Origin: a virus
IMG/VR virus record: IMGVR_UViG_3300038463_000227
Span: 7,920-71,919 of that record
Length of the DNA stretch: 64,000 nt
Strand: one strand, 5' to 3'
Shown one piece after another: positions 1-11,922 of the stretch. Numbering within the stretch: position 1 is the first letter of the stretch; every line of letters starts with the position of its first letter. The position numbers and the translations under genes were made by a program. A model generated the notes under the pieces. The model ran no database searches, was not told where the DNA came from, and worked only from the letters and a program-made list of their open reading frames with translations.

Positions 1-1253
1 ATTAACTGTTTAATCTCTTTTGCAGCGGTGGCAGAACGTTGTGCCAACTGTCTAACTTCACTTGCTACGACCGCAAATCCACGACCTTGTTCACCAGCAC
101 GAGCCGCTTCAACAGCAGCATTCAATGCAAGAATATTAGTTTGGAATGCTATGCTATCAATAACAGTAATAATCTCTGTAATCTTTTTGGATGATTCATT
201 AATTTGTGTCATGGTAACCACAACATCACTAACAACATCACCACCTTTTAATGCCTCATTTGCCATTTGTTGTGCTAACTTATTAGCAGCTGATGCAGCT
301 TGAGCATTATCATTAACTGTAGAACCCATTTCTTGAATAGAAGCAACTGTTTCTTCAAGAGATGCAGCTTGACTTTCAGTACGACCAGACAAATCCATAT
401 TACCTTGGGCAATTTGGTTGGATGCAGTCGCCACTTCATCAGCTCGAGATTTAACATCTTTCACTAATGAAATCAAACTTTGTTGCATGGTCTTAATAGA
501 AGTTAATAACTTACCAACTTCATCATTACCACCTTCACTAACTTTTTGTGATAAATCACCATTAGCAATATAATCAGCAGCAGAAACAGCTTCTAGTACT
601 GGTTTAGTTATTGCTTTTGTAATTACATATGTAAGGAAAGCTGATAAAAGTAATGATACAGCTATAGCACATGCAATAATTAATTTTGTTGTAACAAAAG
701 CAGCTACAGTATTATTGCCTTGTTCACCTGCATATTTTTCATTAAAAACAAATTCTTCTTTTAATGAGTCTTGTATTTTGGAATATACTTTTCTATTCTC
801 ACCAAATAAAATAGTGGCACCAGCTTTAGTAGTAAATTCAGGTGAACCAACAAAGGCTAAAAGTTTATCATCTTCAGCAAAATAAAGAGATGCATTTTCT
901 TTTAGTTTATCAAAAATTATTTTTTCTTCTGCATTAGCAACAAAGGGTTCATATTTTTTAATATCATCACTTGTAACTGTTTTTAATTTTCCAATACGAT
1001 CAATTAATGAAAGTCGTTCTTCATCAGAAACTTCCATCATTACTTGGCTTTCTAATCGACGGAGTGATCCTACATTTTCTTTAATACCATCCAAAATAAT
1101 AATACTTGGGATAACATTGGTAACAAGCTCAGTACTTGCTGCATTCAGTTTTTGTAACTGGAATAACATCACCACACCCATAGTGATAGTTAACAAAGTT
1201 ATAACACTAAACCCTACCATGAGTTTATATGCGAGTCTGAGATTTTTGAACAT
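1..1253 (-). CDS. Methyl-accepting chemotaxis protein (TM-4HB sensor-TM-HAMP-MCP signal), 3'-truncated by window edge
   Basis: Manual translation [21 protein letters not shown]...[37 protein letters not shown] (canonical MCP hairpin tip); missing from the ORF track because it runs off the window. Confidence 0.95.
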   Translation of the reverse strand, partial: MFKNLRLAYKLMVGFSVITLLTITMGVVMLFQLQKLNAASTELVTNVIPSIIILDGIKENVGSLRRLESQVMMEVSDEERLSLIDRIGKLKTVTSDDIKKYEPFVANAEEKIIFDKLKENASLYFAEDDKLLAFVGSPEFTTKAGATILFGENRKVYSKIQDSLKEEFVFNEKYAGEQGNNTVAAFVTTKLIIACAIAVSLLLSAFLTYVITKAITKPVLEAVSAADYIANGDLSQKVSEGGNDEVGKLLTSIKTMQQSLISLVKDVKSRADEVATASNQIAQGNMDLSGRTESQAASLEETVASIQEMGSTVNDNAQAASAANKLAQQMANEALKGGDVVSDVVVTMTQINESSKKITEIITVIDSIAFQTNILALNAAVEAARAGEQGRGFAVVASEVRQLAQRSATAAKEIKQL

Positions 1254-1279
1254 GATTAGTACCCTTAGTGTGATACTAT

Positions 1280-1287
1280 TATTTATA
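1280..1287 (-). promoter_or_regulatory. T4-type late promoter TATAAATA upstream of the MCP
   Basis: Exact TATAAATA about 27 nt before the ATG; same motif at 10137, 17651, 17863, 22148, 24106, 24501, 27978, 37560, 38585/38591, 62855. Confidence 0.7.
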
Positions 1288-1289
1288 GA

Positions 1290-1523
1290 TTATACATGGA
1301 CAAAACAGCCAACAGCACCACAACTACAAGCATAAATGTTTCCATTTATTTTGCGCGCTGGTTGACCAATATATTCTATTGATCGAGGTACTATTTCACC
1401 CCGTTTAACTTTGGTATTATATACAGCAGCATCATGTTTAATGATAGCCATATCTTTTTGAGTAATAAAACGACTAGTGCAACCAAATGGTCGGGCTTTT
1501 TGTTCGAGTTGTGATAATTTCAT
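1290..1523 (-). CDS. Hypothetical protein
   Basis: 77 aa ORF with SD (AGGGG). Confidence 0.6.
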   Translation of the reverse strand: MKLSQLEQKARPFGCTSRFITQKDMAIIKHDAAVYNTKVKRGEIVPRSIEYIGQPARKINGNIYACSCGAVGCFVHV

Positions 1524-1541
1524 TTTATTACCCCTTTAAAT

Positions 1542-1619
1542 TGGTGCGTCCGGTGGGAGTCGAACCCACGACCGATAGGATTTAGAATCCCCCGCTCTAA
1601 CCAACTGAGCTACAGACGC
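1542..1619 (-). tRNA. Amber suppressor tRNA (anticodon CUA)
   Basis: GCGTCTG/CGGACGC acceptor, anticodon arm GGA-TTCTAAA-TCC, T arm GTGGG-TTCGACT-CCCAC, encoded CCA. Confidence 0.85.
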
Positions 1620-1622
1620 ATA

Positions 1623-2087
1623 TTATTTATACAGTCCAACTAGTGTATTATCACTAACATTCCAGGACTGTTTTAATTCATCAAAATGAGATGAAACCTT
1701 TTTAAAAACCAAGTAATTGGGAATCCGCATTGGACTCATACTACTATCTTGAAATTCCCACCCTAAATCTATTAACAAAGAAACAATAGCACCTGATCGA
1801 CAGACACCAGCATGACAGTTTACCCAAACATTCTTTTTGAAATGTTTAGCATCTTTAATAAATTCAGCAATTTCTAATGCTTGTGCATCAGTAATCCCAT
1901 TTGCCATAGGATCAGTATTATTAGTATCTTGAAACTGCATGAATAAGACATTATTAAAAATGTCTTTTGTTTGCAAAAGATTAACTCCACCCTTATCAGT
2001 AATAGAAATCAGCCAATCCTTTTCAGTCAAAGTAAAGGGAAAGTTCTTATTAACAAGTGTAGCACGTGGAAAGTTTGCAGTTTTCAT
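1623..2087 (-). CDS. Protein-tyrosine/dual-specificity phosphatase-like protein
   Basis: CX5R motif NCHAGVCRS. Confidence 0.8.
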   Translation of the reverse strand: MKTANFPRATLVNKNFPFTLTEKDWLISITDKGGVNLLQTKDIFNNVLFMQFQDTNNTDPMANGITDAQALEIAEFIKDAKHFKKNVWVNCHAGVCRSGAIVSLLIDLGWEFQDSSMSPMRIPNYLVFKKVSSHFDELKQSWNVSDNTLVGLYK

Positions 2088-3694
2088 TTATTCTTCATTA
2101 CAGTTATTGATTCACTTAATGCTGCTATGACCATGAGTGCATCATGAGACAGCATAGTAGTATGCTTGATAATATCAAGCGCGTGTTCACATAAAGCAAT
2201 TGCATTCTGCCTATCTTCTTCCGGCATAGTTAAGTGTATAGGTTCATCATCCATAGTACCCCCAAATTATAGAGTTTTTTCCAGTTGTTTAATTGCTCTA
2301 TCAAATGCTTCTTGGAGTTCTGATGTGGTACCATGAGCTAACATGTTATGACAATAACGAAGCACTTCTTCAGTTTCAGCTCTTAATGAGCGAGCAGCTG
2401 AACCATGAACTTCACAATCTGGATCTTCCGCTATAAAAGGACCGCCAATTTGATAACATTCACACATAATAGATCCCCTAAAAATTAGATGATACAGTAT
2501 TATATCACAAGTTATCAAATAAAAACAAATTAATTTTTAATAATTTCCATTCCGTGGTTTTTATGAATAAAAGCTAATACCCGAAATGATGGTGGTATCC
2601 AAGTTACTTCAATTTTAAAAGTTAATACCATTATTCCGATAATTAAATCAAGTACCAACACCAATGGAAGAATGGTTATAAGCATAAAAGCTTTAAGGAT
2701 ACCATAATAAACATATGGTGGTATGTTTATTTTATATCGTTTATAAGTTTTTGGCGGAGTAGATAAAGTAACTCGTATAAAACCATATACAATAAGAAGC
2801 ATTAAAAATACCGTACTGAGTGCTAAAGTCATGATTACCCCTCTTTTTGAGCTGATGGTGGAAGACTTTCACTGATAATAATATCAGCACCAGCAAATGA
2901 TGGACCAACTGCACCATTTTGTGGATTTAATGCAAACATAACATCAATGTCTTGATAGACACCAAAATGTTCTTTTAATACACAAGCAACTTCTGCTGCA
3001 GAGAGTTTAAGTACTTTTTTCATGATTACCTCTTATAGGTGATTATATTGTGCTTTGTTACACACGGTACAATGACGAACTTGTGTTGGTCGATGGGTAA
3101 ATTTTCCAGGAGGTGCTTTATCTTCAGTCCACTCCCATTGACCATAATTATGCCAACCCGACTCATTATCACAATCTTGGTCACGATGGGTTAGCCAATA
3201 AAATATTATACCAAAGCAAATTACACTTAAAATAATAGCGCCTATCATAATTGATCCCAATCTCTTTTGATGTGGTTATGCAAACTCTCTTTTTGTTTCT
3301 TGCGAGAGGGTTTGTAAGAATCATCATGACGTTCACTCCTCTTTGACATTAAAATGTCATTGAGGTGCTTAGCACGAGGTTTTGGTAATTTAATTGTTTT
3401 CATATCGACTTCAGATTTTCCGAAGGATGTGCGAGAATGAAGTTTGCAATACCAAAAGCTAACTGCTTTTGAGATTTTGCATTCATAATCATGCGGACTG
3501 CTTTGTTGACATTGGTATTATGTGCCGAAGGATGCTCAACAGTAAATTTTTCAACTTTATCTAAACACAACTGTTTGGCACCTTGCAGGGTTGCTTGTTG
3601 AATAACCGCATTACAATCAGCCATATCGAAAAAGCCAGTTGGGATTTGTTTAGTATTTGTCATCGTCATGCTCCAGTTAGTTAACATCAGTAAC

Positions 3695-3750
3695 TTCAAT
3701 ACAGTAATTATACTTCTAATTAGAAGGGAAGTATACAACTAAATTGTAAC
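3695..3750 (-). promoter_or_regulatory. Repeated phage early promoter
   Basis: GTTACAATTT-..-GTATAC-N~17-TATAAT; copies at ~16684-16742, 20265-20332, 27745-27790, 39792-39848, 49027-49086. Confidence 0.7.
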
Positions 3751-3753
3751 GGT

Positions 3754-4611
3754 TTATATCGTAATACAAATAGTTGGGAAACTGAATCCTATCATTGTTA
3801 ATACTCTCATACAAAAATCCATCATAATTGTCATTGGAAGTGCTAGCAAATTAGTATATAATATATTGATACCTTCCATCAAATTAATTTCAGGCATATT
3901 AAGCTTTGGAATTAATGGTTCTGGTAAGGCAGGAAATGCTGGAAACCCAGGAATAACTACTCTTGCCAATAAGGCATTCAATGAGTATTTATTAAGTAGG
4001 GCAGTTATTGAGGTTGGAAAGGTAGGGATACTTCCCAAAATCATTCCCATAATTACATCCATTGTAGGGACAACTGGAATTGTTGGTAATCCAGGTAAAT
4101 GTAATTTACCAATTACTTTATTAATTAAACTTTCAACAAGTAATATTAAAGTGTTCATGTAACCTTTAATAGCCATCTTCACAGCAGTGGTTACTTGAAT
4201 TGATGGAATATTAACAGCATAATATAAGGGAACTGGAAGTGCAGGGAATATACCAGGACCAAAATGAGCAAGTGCCTGTTGAATAGCTGTACTGATTTTA
4301 TTTGGAATCAATGCCATTAAATCTAATAATGTTAGATCAGTCCCAGGAATTTTTGGTAATATTGCATCCAATGATAATCCAAGGAAACTTGTTAATGGTG
4401 TTAGGAATGACATGAAGGTTGTCATAAATTGATATGACTGTAACTCCTGTATAATCTGTAACAGTTCCACATTAGGTATTTTTAAATTTCCATAAATTGG
4501 ATTTGGTAAAGATGGTAATGTAGGTACAGTAAATGGAATTTTAAATGCCGGCAAAGCGGCATTATAAAGTGTGTTAAAATCCGGAATCGGAATAGTTGCA
4601 CAGAGTCTCAT
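3754..4611 (-). CDS. Pro/Leu/Ile-rich hypothetical protein with internal repeats
   Basis: 285 aa; repeated LP.LP.P(I/L)Y...IP units. Confidence 0.75.
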   Translation of the reverse strand: MRLCATIPIPDFNTLYNAALPAFKIPFTVPTLPSLPNPIYGNLKIPNVELLQIIQELQSYQFMTTFMSFLTPLTSFLGLSLDAILPKIPGTDLTLLDLMALIPNKISTAIQQALAHFGPGIFPALPVPLYYAVNIPSIQVTTAVKMAIKGYMNTLILLVESLINKVIGKLHLPGLPTIPVVPTMDVIMGMILGSIPTFPTSITALLNKYSLNALLARVVIPGFPAFPALPEPLIPKLNMPEINLMEGINILYTNLLALPMTIMMDFCMRVLTMIGFSFPTICITI

Positions 4612-5180
4612 GTTATAATTACCGATTCTTTAACTTTAAGTAATTTCAATATATCATGATAGTTATCAATACTTAAACCATCTTTATTTTTAGTAAGAAC
4701 AAAGTGATCTTTTAATTGGTGTGGAAGCATGTCTTGTGAATCATCTACAATAACATAATCAGGTGTTACATCTTTAACACCATCTAGCCAATGTTGAATT
4801 TCTAAACCACGTAAACAAGACTCGGTTCCTGTTTTACCAGGAAGTCCCTTAACATCAGCTGTTGTCCAACCAATAACCCGTTGTCCATCCAAACCAAGGA
4901 ATGTAAAGTATTCACGGAGTTGATATAGTTTATTATCAGTATCCGGGAAGTGTTTACGATGTGAAGATGATACCACTATATAAACATTATGTTCACGGCA
5001 GATACGATTTATTAATTCACAAGCAATTGGATCAATTGTACATTTAGTAATCTTTTTGTAATAAGGATCACCATCGGAATTTGCAAAATCCTGAGTATAT
5101 GTTTTTAGACGTAGTTGTCCAGCACGAAATGATCTTTCAGAATTAAGTACACCATCTACATCTAAAAATATTATTTTCAT
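4608..5180 (-). CDS. HAD-family phosphatase (Swiss-army-knife RNA repair type)
   Basis: FLDVDGVLN, SSS.R, RGLEI..WL, YVIVDD motifs. Confidence 0.85.
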   Translation of the reverse strand: MKIIFLDVDGVLNSERSFRAGQLRLKTYTQDFANSDGDPYYKKITKCTIDPIACELINRICREHNVYIVVSSSHRKHFPDTDNKLYQLREYFTFLGLDGQRVIGWTTADVKGLPGKTGTESCLRGLEIQHWLDGVKDVTPDYVIVDDSQDMLPHQLKDHFVLTKNKDGLSIDNYHDILKLLKVKESVIIT

Positions 5181-5489
5181 TGGTTTTTTATTTCTGATTT
5201 AAATTTTTTAATAATCTTGCCACTAAGGTTATCAGGATGATCTAAGCTGTAATCAATTCCTTCTCTCATATCATGAGTTTCAGGGTTATCAAACCAGTTC
5301 TTAGTTAGTGGATTTTCTTTGTTCCACAGCTTATATTTATTACGAACAAACCGACCGAGTTCCATATCAATAAAAACTGATTCAATAGAACCATCTTCAG
5401 CCACTAAAAGAGCTTGGTCTTTGTATGATACTACACTGTGTAAATCTTTAAGAATGTCTGATTCAGTTAAAAACATTTTATATCCTTAT

Positions 5490-5564
5490 TGGAACCACTA
5501 GTGGGAATCGAACCCACATTTAAGATTTAGGAAATCCTCGTTCTATCCATTGAACTATAGTGAT
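5490..5564 (-). tRNA. tRNA-Arg(CCT)
   Basis: Cloverleaf, loop TTCCTAA, A20, CCA. Confidence 0.9.
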
Positions 5565-5565
5565 A

Positions 5566-6474
5566 TTAGATTAAACCTGCTTGTTTAAGCATTTTGTGGG
5601 AAGCAGTATTTTTAGTTGCATGGTATTTAGTACCAACATGATGATAAACACCTTCACCAGCACTGAAGCTGTATTTGAAAGCATGAACAACACCTTTATT
5701 TTTATACATATGGTGGCCAGTGAAAAGATCACGGACCTTTTTACCTTCAAAACGGGAAGTTCCAAACATTCCACGACGGTGTTCAGGAATTTGTTCCCAA
5801 GTTACCAATTTTTCAGAGTAAGAACTGAGTTTGAAACGGTGATCATCAGGAACATTAGGACGATCATAAACAATTTTACCTTCAGGAATAGCTTCAAGAG
5901 TAAAGTGAAACCAGACACCATCAATAAGATGGAGAACATTGTTATCATCGATAACACGTTTTACTTTGAGTTGTTCACGTTCACGTTCAGCTTTACGTTC
6001 ACGCTGGATGGATTTGTAATCTTTGTAGTGTTTGTTAAGTTTGATGATACCATCACGAGGATCAACATAGTATTCGACATTAGAACCACGGATAGGTTCT
6101 GCTTCTTGACAATAGCGACCACGAGTCATAACTACATTACCATCCATGAAAGTATGGATATCAACATAGTCATAGAGATGTTCAAGGATATGTTGGTTAA
6201 CAACAGAACGGGTATCGAAAGTTTTCATGAGTTCACTGAAAAATTTGTCCCATTTGCGACCAACAGCAGTACGGATAATCCCTTTGAGGGGATTGAGATT
6301 TTCATTGAAGGTTTTACGATCATAACCATAACGAAATTTCATGCCTTCACGACCACCGACAAATTCATCGGCATTGCGAACACTGAATTTTTTAAGATTA
6401 CGATAAGGCTTGAAACTGTCTCGGTGGCCGTGGCGTTCACGTTCACAAAGAAGTTTATTAAGATCTTCTTTCAT
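5566..6474 (-). CDS. Hypothetical protein (basic)
   Basis: 302 aa, SD GGAG. Confidence 0.8.
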   Translation of the reverse strand: MKEDLNKLLCERERHGHRDSFKPYRNLKKFSVRNADEFVGGREGMKFRYGYDRKTFNENLNPLKGIIRTAVGRKWDKFFSELMKTFDTRSVVNQHILEHLYDYVDIHTFMDGNVVMTRGRYCQEAEPIRGSNVEYYVDPRDGIIKLNKHYKDYKSIQRERKAEREREQLKVKRVIDDNNVLHLIDGVWFHFTLEAIPEGKIVYDRPNVPDDHRFKLSSYSEKLVTWEQIPEHRRGMFGTSRFEGKKVRDLFTGHHMYKNKGVVHAFKYSFSAGEGVYHHVGTKYHATKNTASHKMLKQAGLI

Positions 6475-7038
6475 TATTATCTCCGGTTGGATATATCCAA
6501 CAATTATTTATCCGATTATGACTTTAAATATTAATACCATTGCTCCAAAAACTATGATTAATGGTAATGCAATTGTGATTATTCCTAACATTAAGGCAAT
6601 TCCACATAATACAACTGCTAAACCAAAAAGCCCCACAAGCACTGCTGCGGGTACCAGAATACAGATAGCACAAGCAATAAGTATTGCTTGTACACATTTA
6701 ACAATAAAGTTAAACATTATTCAGCTACAGGTTCTGCAGCAGCAACAGCGAACTGTTTACCACTATCTTTCGCCTTAGCATCTTTCTGTTTATTCTTGCC
6801 TTTCAGACTTGCCAAATATTCACGGTAAGTATCAAACAGTTGGAACCATGCTTTCTTCTTGCCATGGACTGTACCAGTCTTAGCTGGACCTTTTTGTCCA
6901 TTTTTGTGCATCTGTGTTACAACTGCGGCTGCAGCACGATTGCGGGCATTCTTTGATTGACGTGACATATTTATTTCCTTTTTAAATTAATTAAATTCAA
7001 GCTTTTATTATAACAAAATACAACCACAATGTATATCT

Positions 7039-7917
7039 TTATTCAAAAATAATTGGAGTTGTTTCTTTAAATTCACGATCATTAATAAACCAGAATTTTC
7101 CAGTCTCAGGTTCAGTAACCGTTAATCCACACCAAGTATCTTTAATATAACCACCACCACGAGGATAGCTGCCATAAGCACAAGTATCTAAACAGGTTTG
7201 GCCTTTATATGTAATCGGTCTTTGGACTACTGTATGACCAGAATATATATGAGACAAGTTGGGACCAAATTGTGCACCATAATTATTATGTTCAATATGA
7301 TTCAAAAATCTTGTTAATGCATCATTTGATAAAATCCGATTATATAATGGGTAGAAAATTTGTCTTCCCCATAATACTGTATCTCCATCCATAACCTGTT
7401 GTGTTGCTATATATCTGAATGTATCTTCATCAGCAAATTCAGCATCTGTTAATTCAACAACACTATCTACTTCAGCATGGAATACATGGAATACTCCACC
7501 GGATTTCTTTTCAACTGTCAACAGGAATGGTAAGTTTCTGAGTTTAGTTTCTACTAAGTCTCTTATCTGCATTGATTGCTCAGAAGCATCACTTCTATGT
7601 CTGACACCCCAGTCACCACCATTATTTTGCCAAATGAAACCAAGTGGTTTACCATCAAAATATGCAATCATAATTTCTTCATGATTGCCTTTGACCATAT
7701 AAAACCATGGTTCATAGAGAAGTTGCATGCAAGCTTCATTTTCAGGACCACGATCAACAAGATCACCAGCACAAATAAATCGATCAACTTCAAAATCAAA
7801 ATTGATTTCTTGTAAGAATCGCATAACACAGGAATAGGAACCATGTATGTCTCCACATACAAAGTCCCGTCCTTTTAAGTTAGTAGGTAATCTTTTAATA
7901 CAATCCATTTTTACCAA
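7039..7917 (-). CDS. Ser/Thr protein phosphatase (calcineurin-like, NinI/PphA type)
   Basis: GDIHG, GDLVDRG, GNHE, GHT motifs. Confidence 0.9.
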   Translation of the reverse strand: MVKMDCIKRLPTNLKGRDFVCGDIHGSYSCVMRFLQEINFDFEVDRFICAGDLVDRGPENEACMQLLYEPWFYMVKGNHEEIMIAYFDGKPLGFIWQNNGGDWGVRHRSDASEQSMQIRDLVETKLRNLPFLLTVEKKSGGVFHVFHAEVDSVVELTDAEFADEDTFRYIATQQVMDGDTVLWGRQIFYPLYNRILSNDALTRFLNHIEHNNYGAQFGPNLSHIYSGHTVVQRPITYKGQTCLDTCAYGSYPRGGGYIKDTWCGLTVTEPETGKFWFINDREFKETTPIIFE

Positions 7918-8553
7918 TCATAATCTGTTAAATCAAGTTTTTCACCAGTATAAAATTCAACTATGGCGATCAGGCCAATACTGGTTGGGGTAAAACTATA
8001 TGTTAACCCGCCACCGATCGCACCTAAATATGGCATTTCATTACCATCTGCATCTTTCCAAATCATTGCAGCTGTATCTGGATCAAGCTTTTGTTTTGCC
8101 ACAATTGGTGGATAGACTACAGTCTTCAACCATGTGTTAATTTTATCATAATCACCAGGTTCTAATTTAAACATTCTCATCTTTCAGTACACGAGATGGT
8201 AGTAATACTGAATTAGGATTTTTCCGTGGTCGTTTATGTTTTAATGCAACCACATCTTCAACAGCAGATGACAGTGCTTCCATTCTATCAGCTTCTTCCT
8301 GTTCAATTGCAATTTTTGCTAATCGATTGGCTTCAGCATCTTCAATTACTTGTGCAGCTTCTTCAGTGTCAGCCAAACATTCTTCAGCTAAAGCCTGATT
8401 TGCTACTACGACAATTGCCGCAGCTTCTGCTTGTACAGCAGTTTTCTTATTACCAAAAATTCTTTCCCAACCATCACGGTAAGCATCAGATGCAGCTCCC
8501 GTGATTAGAAAATCACCAGTGATATCATTTTTTGTAGGTGACATTGTATTTCC

Positions 8554-8811
8554 TTATTTTGCTTCAATTATATTTGATACTCTGAAAGAGCGCCAGCCTT
8601 GTGCATTAACATCAAAAACACAAAGGGTTGTTTTAACTTCATTTGGATCATAGGCTTCTTCTACACCTGAATAATCCTTTGTTGGATGTTCATTTTTTGG
8701 AATCAATTCCAAATTTGTTGTACATTCCATTGTACGAACATCACCATTCATTTTTGTGAAGGTAACACTCATAACACGTTTGTTTAATTCTTTTTGTAAA
8801 TCGCTGCTCAT
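8554..8811 (-). CDS. SH3/WYL_2-like (DUF2693-type) phage protein
   Basis: VTFTK.NG..R.M..T and FDV...GWRSFR motifs. Confidence 0.7.
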   Translation of the reverse strand: MSSDLQKELNKRVMSVTFTKMNGDVRTMECTTNLELIPKNEHPTKDYSGVEEAYDPNEVKTTLCVFDVNAQGWRSFRVSNIIEAK

Positions 8812-9416
8812 TTAATACTCCTTAATGAAAATCATTCAATTTTTGAAAAACTTGATCAATCATCGCTTGCTGCTCATCATCAGAATACTCGCCATTGCCA
8901 CTACGATGGGCATATGACCAACCACAAATCAAACCTATTAAGGTTTTTAATTTTTCATGATCCATTGTTACTTCAGCATTCATTTGAATCTGATGCAACA
9001 CTTTTTCATAAACTTCTAACTTTTCTAAACTGGAATATGTTTGAGATATTTTTTCCAACTTAGACAGTTTTGTTTTGTGATCCGCTAAGGTTTTATTATA
9101 ATACTTATCTGCAGCAGCTTGAGCTTGCTTTTTAGTATTAAAATGTTCCATCCAATAAACACTATTTTCTGCTCCACGTGAAACAATATAATGATTTAGA
9201 AGATCCATATCCGTCGCCTTTTTTGGAGGCTTCTTCTTTTTAGCTATTAAATCAACTGCCTTAATAGCTTTGAAAGTTCTACAATCAAAAACCCATGCAC
9301 CTTTGGCCGGTTCTTTTTTTGGAGGACAAGTGCAGCGACAATTACCACACTTATTACACATCATTTCAGAAGCATAGTGTCCCATTTTTACTCCTCATAA
9401 ATAAAAGTTATACTTT

Positions 9417-9671
9417 TTAGATTACCGAAATTTTGCCATCTGGACACCGGACAACTGATTTTGCCGGAACGTCATTTGTTTTACCAATTTCAGGACAAAC
9501 AGTTGGTACATAAACAATTGTTGGTTGAGTTTCTTGTGTTGGTTGATAATCACCAGTAGAATGTGATTTCTTACCTTGAAAAGCTGGTACTGCGATTGCT
9601 GCCAAGATACCCAGAATAGCAATAACAATCATTACTTCAATTAATGTAAAACCGTTTTTGATAACTTTCAT
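9417..9671 (-). CDS. Short type IV pilin-like protein
   Basis: Prepilin motif KNG|FTLIEVMIVIAILGILAAIAVP; two C-terminal Cys. Confidence 0.85.
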   Translation of the reverse strand: MKVIKNGFTLIEVMIVIAILGILAAIAVPAFQGKKSHSTGDYQPTQETQPTIVYVPTVCPEIGKTNDVPAKSVVRCPDGKISVI

Positions 9672-10914
9672 AAAACCTCCTATAGTTAGATTTTACATTA
9701 TAACATGGTTAGGAAATAATGTACATTAGTGATCTTGAATTAGATCAAGTATCACTATATCACTGTACCACCATAAGAATCAATAGTAATAATTTTAGAG
9801 TGCAACATAAGGATAACAAAAGATGGAGTACTTCCCTCTTGTATCAATGCTCCTTCAGAAAGGTATGCAGCGATTTTATGTCGCATTATCCGATTAACAA
9901 TAACCATTACTTAGTAATGAATGCTATTCGTAGACTTTTTAATTCTGGCTTAACTTGATGATAGGTTTTAAGTGCTTCTTTAGCTTCTTCATGAGAAAGA
10001 AGATTTGATTTGGCTAACTTTTTTCCTTGTAAAATAGCCCAGTACCCAATCGTCGGGGTTTTGTCTATTCTTGGAGATGTTTCAAGGGAGCGGACTGAAA
10101 CCCGCTCTGCTAGGAGGTCATGTATTTTCATACATATATTTATAGGAAAAGCGGCCGAGCTCTTCCATGATCAAGGTATTTTTGGAAATTTGATGGTAAA
10201 TCTTTAACTAAATAGACCTGTTCATAATCAACAAAGTCATCAACTGCAACCATTCCCTCTTCTAATAACATCCATGCAACAGGTTCTTCTGCAGCTTGTT
10301 CTTTTAAAGCCACAAGGGCAGTCCCAATAAGATTACTTCTATCACAGGTCCCATCACTATTAGAACTGGATTCCCAATCATCCACAGCAACTAAACCAGT
10401 TTTTAAAGCTTTTTCTATTAGATTAAATTTTTCTGCATTCATTTTGGTATAGGCATCCATTCAATTACATTATTAAAATCTACCTGGAATTTATCATCAT
10501 AACAAACCCATTCAGCTGGTTCATCATTAGTTTCACCTTCATAAGTTGGAGTACCATATTCACCTTTAAACCACCAGGCTTCAACAATTCCAGTATCAGT
10601 TTTAATCAATACCGGCTTGCCATCAAATGGGGCAACATTAGGTAAATCAAACTCATTTGAAAAAGATGGTAACTTTTTCCATGATGTTGGTGTATCACAA
10701 ACTGGAGATTCAAATAATTGATTTTGCCGTATTTTAAATGCAAATCTGACAAAATCAATATTGCTGAATCCATATTCTTCATGTTCAATAAAGGCTTCTT
10801 CAGTTGGTGAAAACTGATTACCATTTTGATCAATAAAAGTTAAATCCCTTACATTTAAAGTATTGATGTGTCTACGCCATTCAGTATGGAATGTAAATTC
10901 ATCATGAGTAATAA

Positions 10915-11385
10915 TCATGATAAAGTAGTTAATACCGTATTAATTACAGTGGTTGCCAATTTACCATCATAAGTACCAGCATGATTTTCCTTCAAGTATT
11001 TCTGAAGAATAGGCATAGTGCTTAATGGTTGGCTTTCAACATGGGCCTTAACAATAGCAATCAGGTCATCTTCGGAAAGTTGACGTGGTAGATAATTTTC
11101 AAGAACCATTCTTTCTGCTTTTAAACCAATCAATTGAAAATCCGGAAATGTTTTACCACCATTAAGATGGGCAAGAGTATCATCAATATTCTTAATAAAT
11201 TTTTTGACGATAGCAACAACTTCAGCATCGGTGGTTTCACGACTACCAGCATTCTTACCAACCATAACAGCTTCACCCAAAAGAGTAGTTAGCAGGTCAG
11301 CTTGTAATTTATTGGTTTCTGGATATTTAATAGCTGCTTTACGAGAAGCAAGTTGGTCAGCACGGATTTTTTCGATTAAAGACAT
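10915..11385 (-). CDS. GatB/YqeY-domain protein
   Basis: E..VLENYLPRQLSE motif and YqeY-like helical pattern. Confidence 0.8.
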   Translation of the reverse strand: MSLIEKIRADQLASRKAAIKYPETNKLQADLLTTLLGEAVMVGKNAGSRETTDAEVVAIVKKFIKNIDDTLAHLNGGKTFPDFQLIGLKAERMVLENYLPRQLSEDDLIAIVKAHVESQPLSTMPILQKYLKENHAGTYDGKLATTVINTVLTTLS

Positions 11386-11589
11386 ATTATTCCTTATGAG
11401 ATTCTTTTAATTCTTTTTGTATTTCTTTCTTTGCTTCTTTGACCCGCTCACTCCATTTGGGATTGAACAGTGCACAGCAGCGACATGATAATAAGCAAGA
11501 TAATTTTCCACGAAGTTTTGAATTAGCAGCGGCAGTTCCATGGTAAATACTTTTCATTACTACCTCTAATTATATCATGTTATCTAAAA

Positions 11590-11616
11590 AATAAATGCCC
11601 CGAAGGGCATTTATTT
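11590..11616. terminator. Intrinsic terminator, probably bidirectional
   Basis: AAATAAATGCCC-CGAA-GGGCATTTATTT. Confidence 0.85.
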
Positions 11617-11922
11617 AAATCTTATTTCTTTGAAACGAACTTATAAAGTTCTTCAGCTTTTTTGGTGACTTCATCAAAAGTGTACATTTTTGGAACATAC
11701 TGTTCCCACTTTTCCCAACCTACATGTTTTTCTGTAACTACTGTATCTTGTACTTTACGTGCAAATTCAAGATTAATTGCTGTTTGTTGATCAAGGTAAT
11801 CTTTAGCAAGGGCTAAAAGATCAAAGCGAATTTCAAATGGGTTTTTACCTGTTGACATATTAATACTCCTGTGTGTTTGTGTGGTCATCAATGAGCTCCT
11901 GCATCAAGGAACTATAAAACTT

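Noticed and set aside
28-457. ORFs 28-303 and 275-457
   Set aside because: Alternative frames inside the MCP gene.
1542-1619. Reading this gene as tRNA-Arg(TCT)
   Set aside because: Stem pairing GGA/TCC fixes the loop as TTCTAAA (CUA), and A20 is absent.
5581-6534. 317-aa plus-strand ORF
   Set aside because: Antisense shadow of 5566-6474; Phe/Ile/Thr-rich composition typical of reverse frames.
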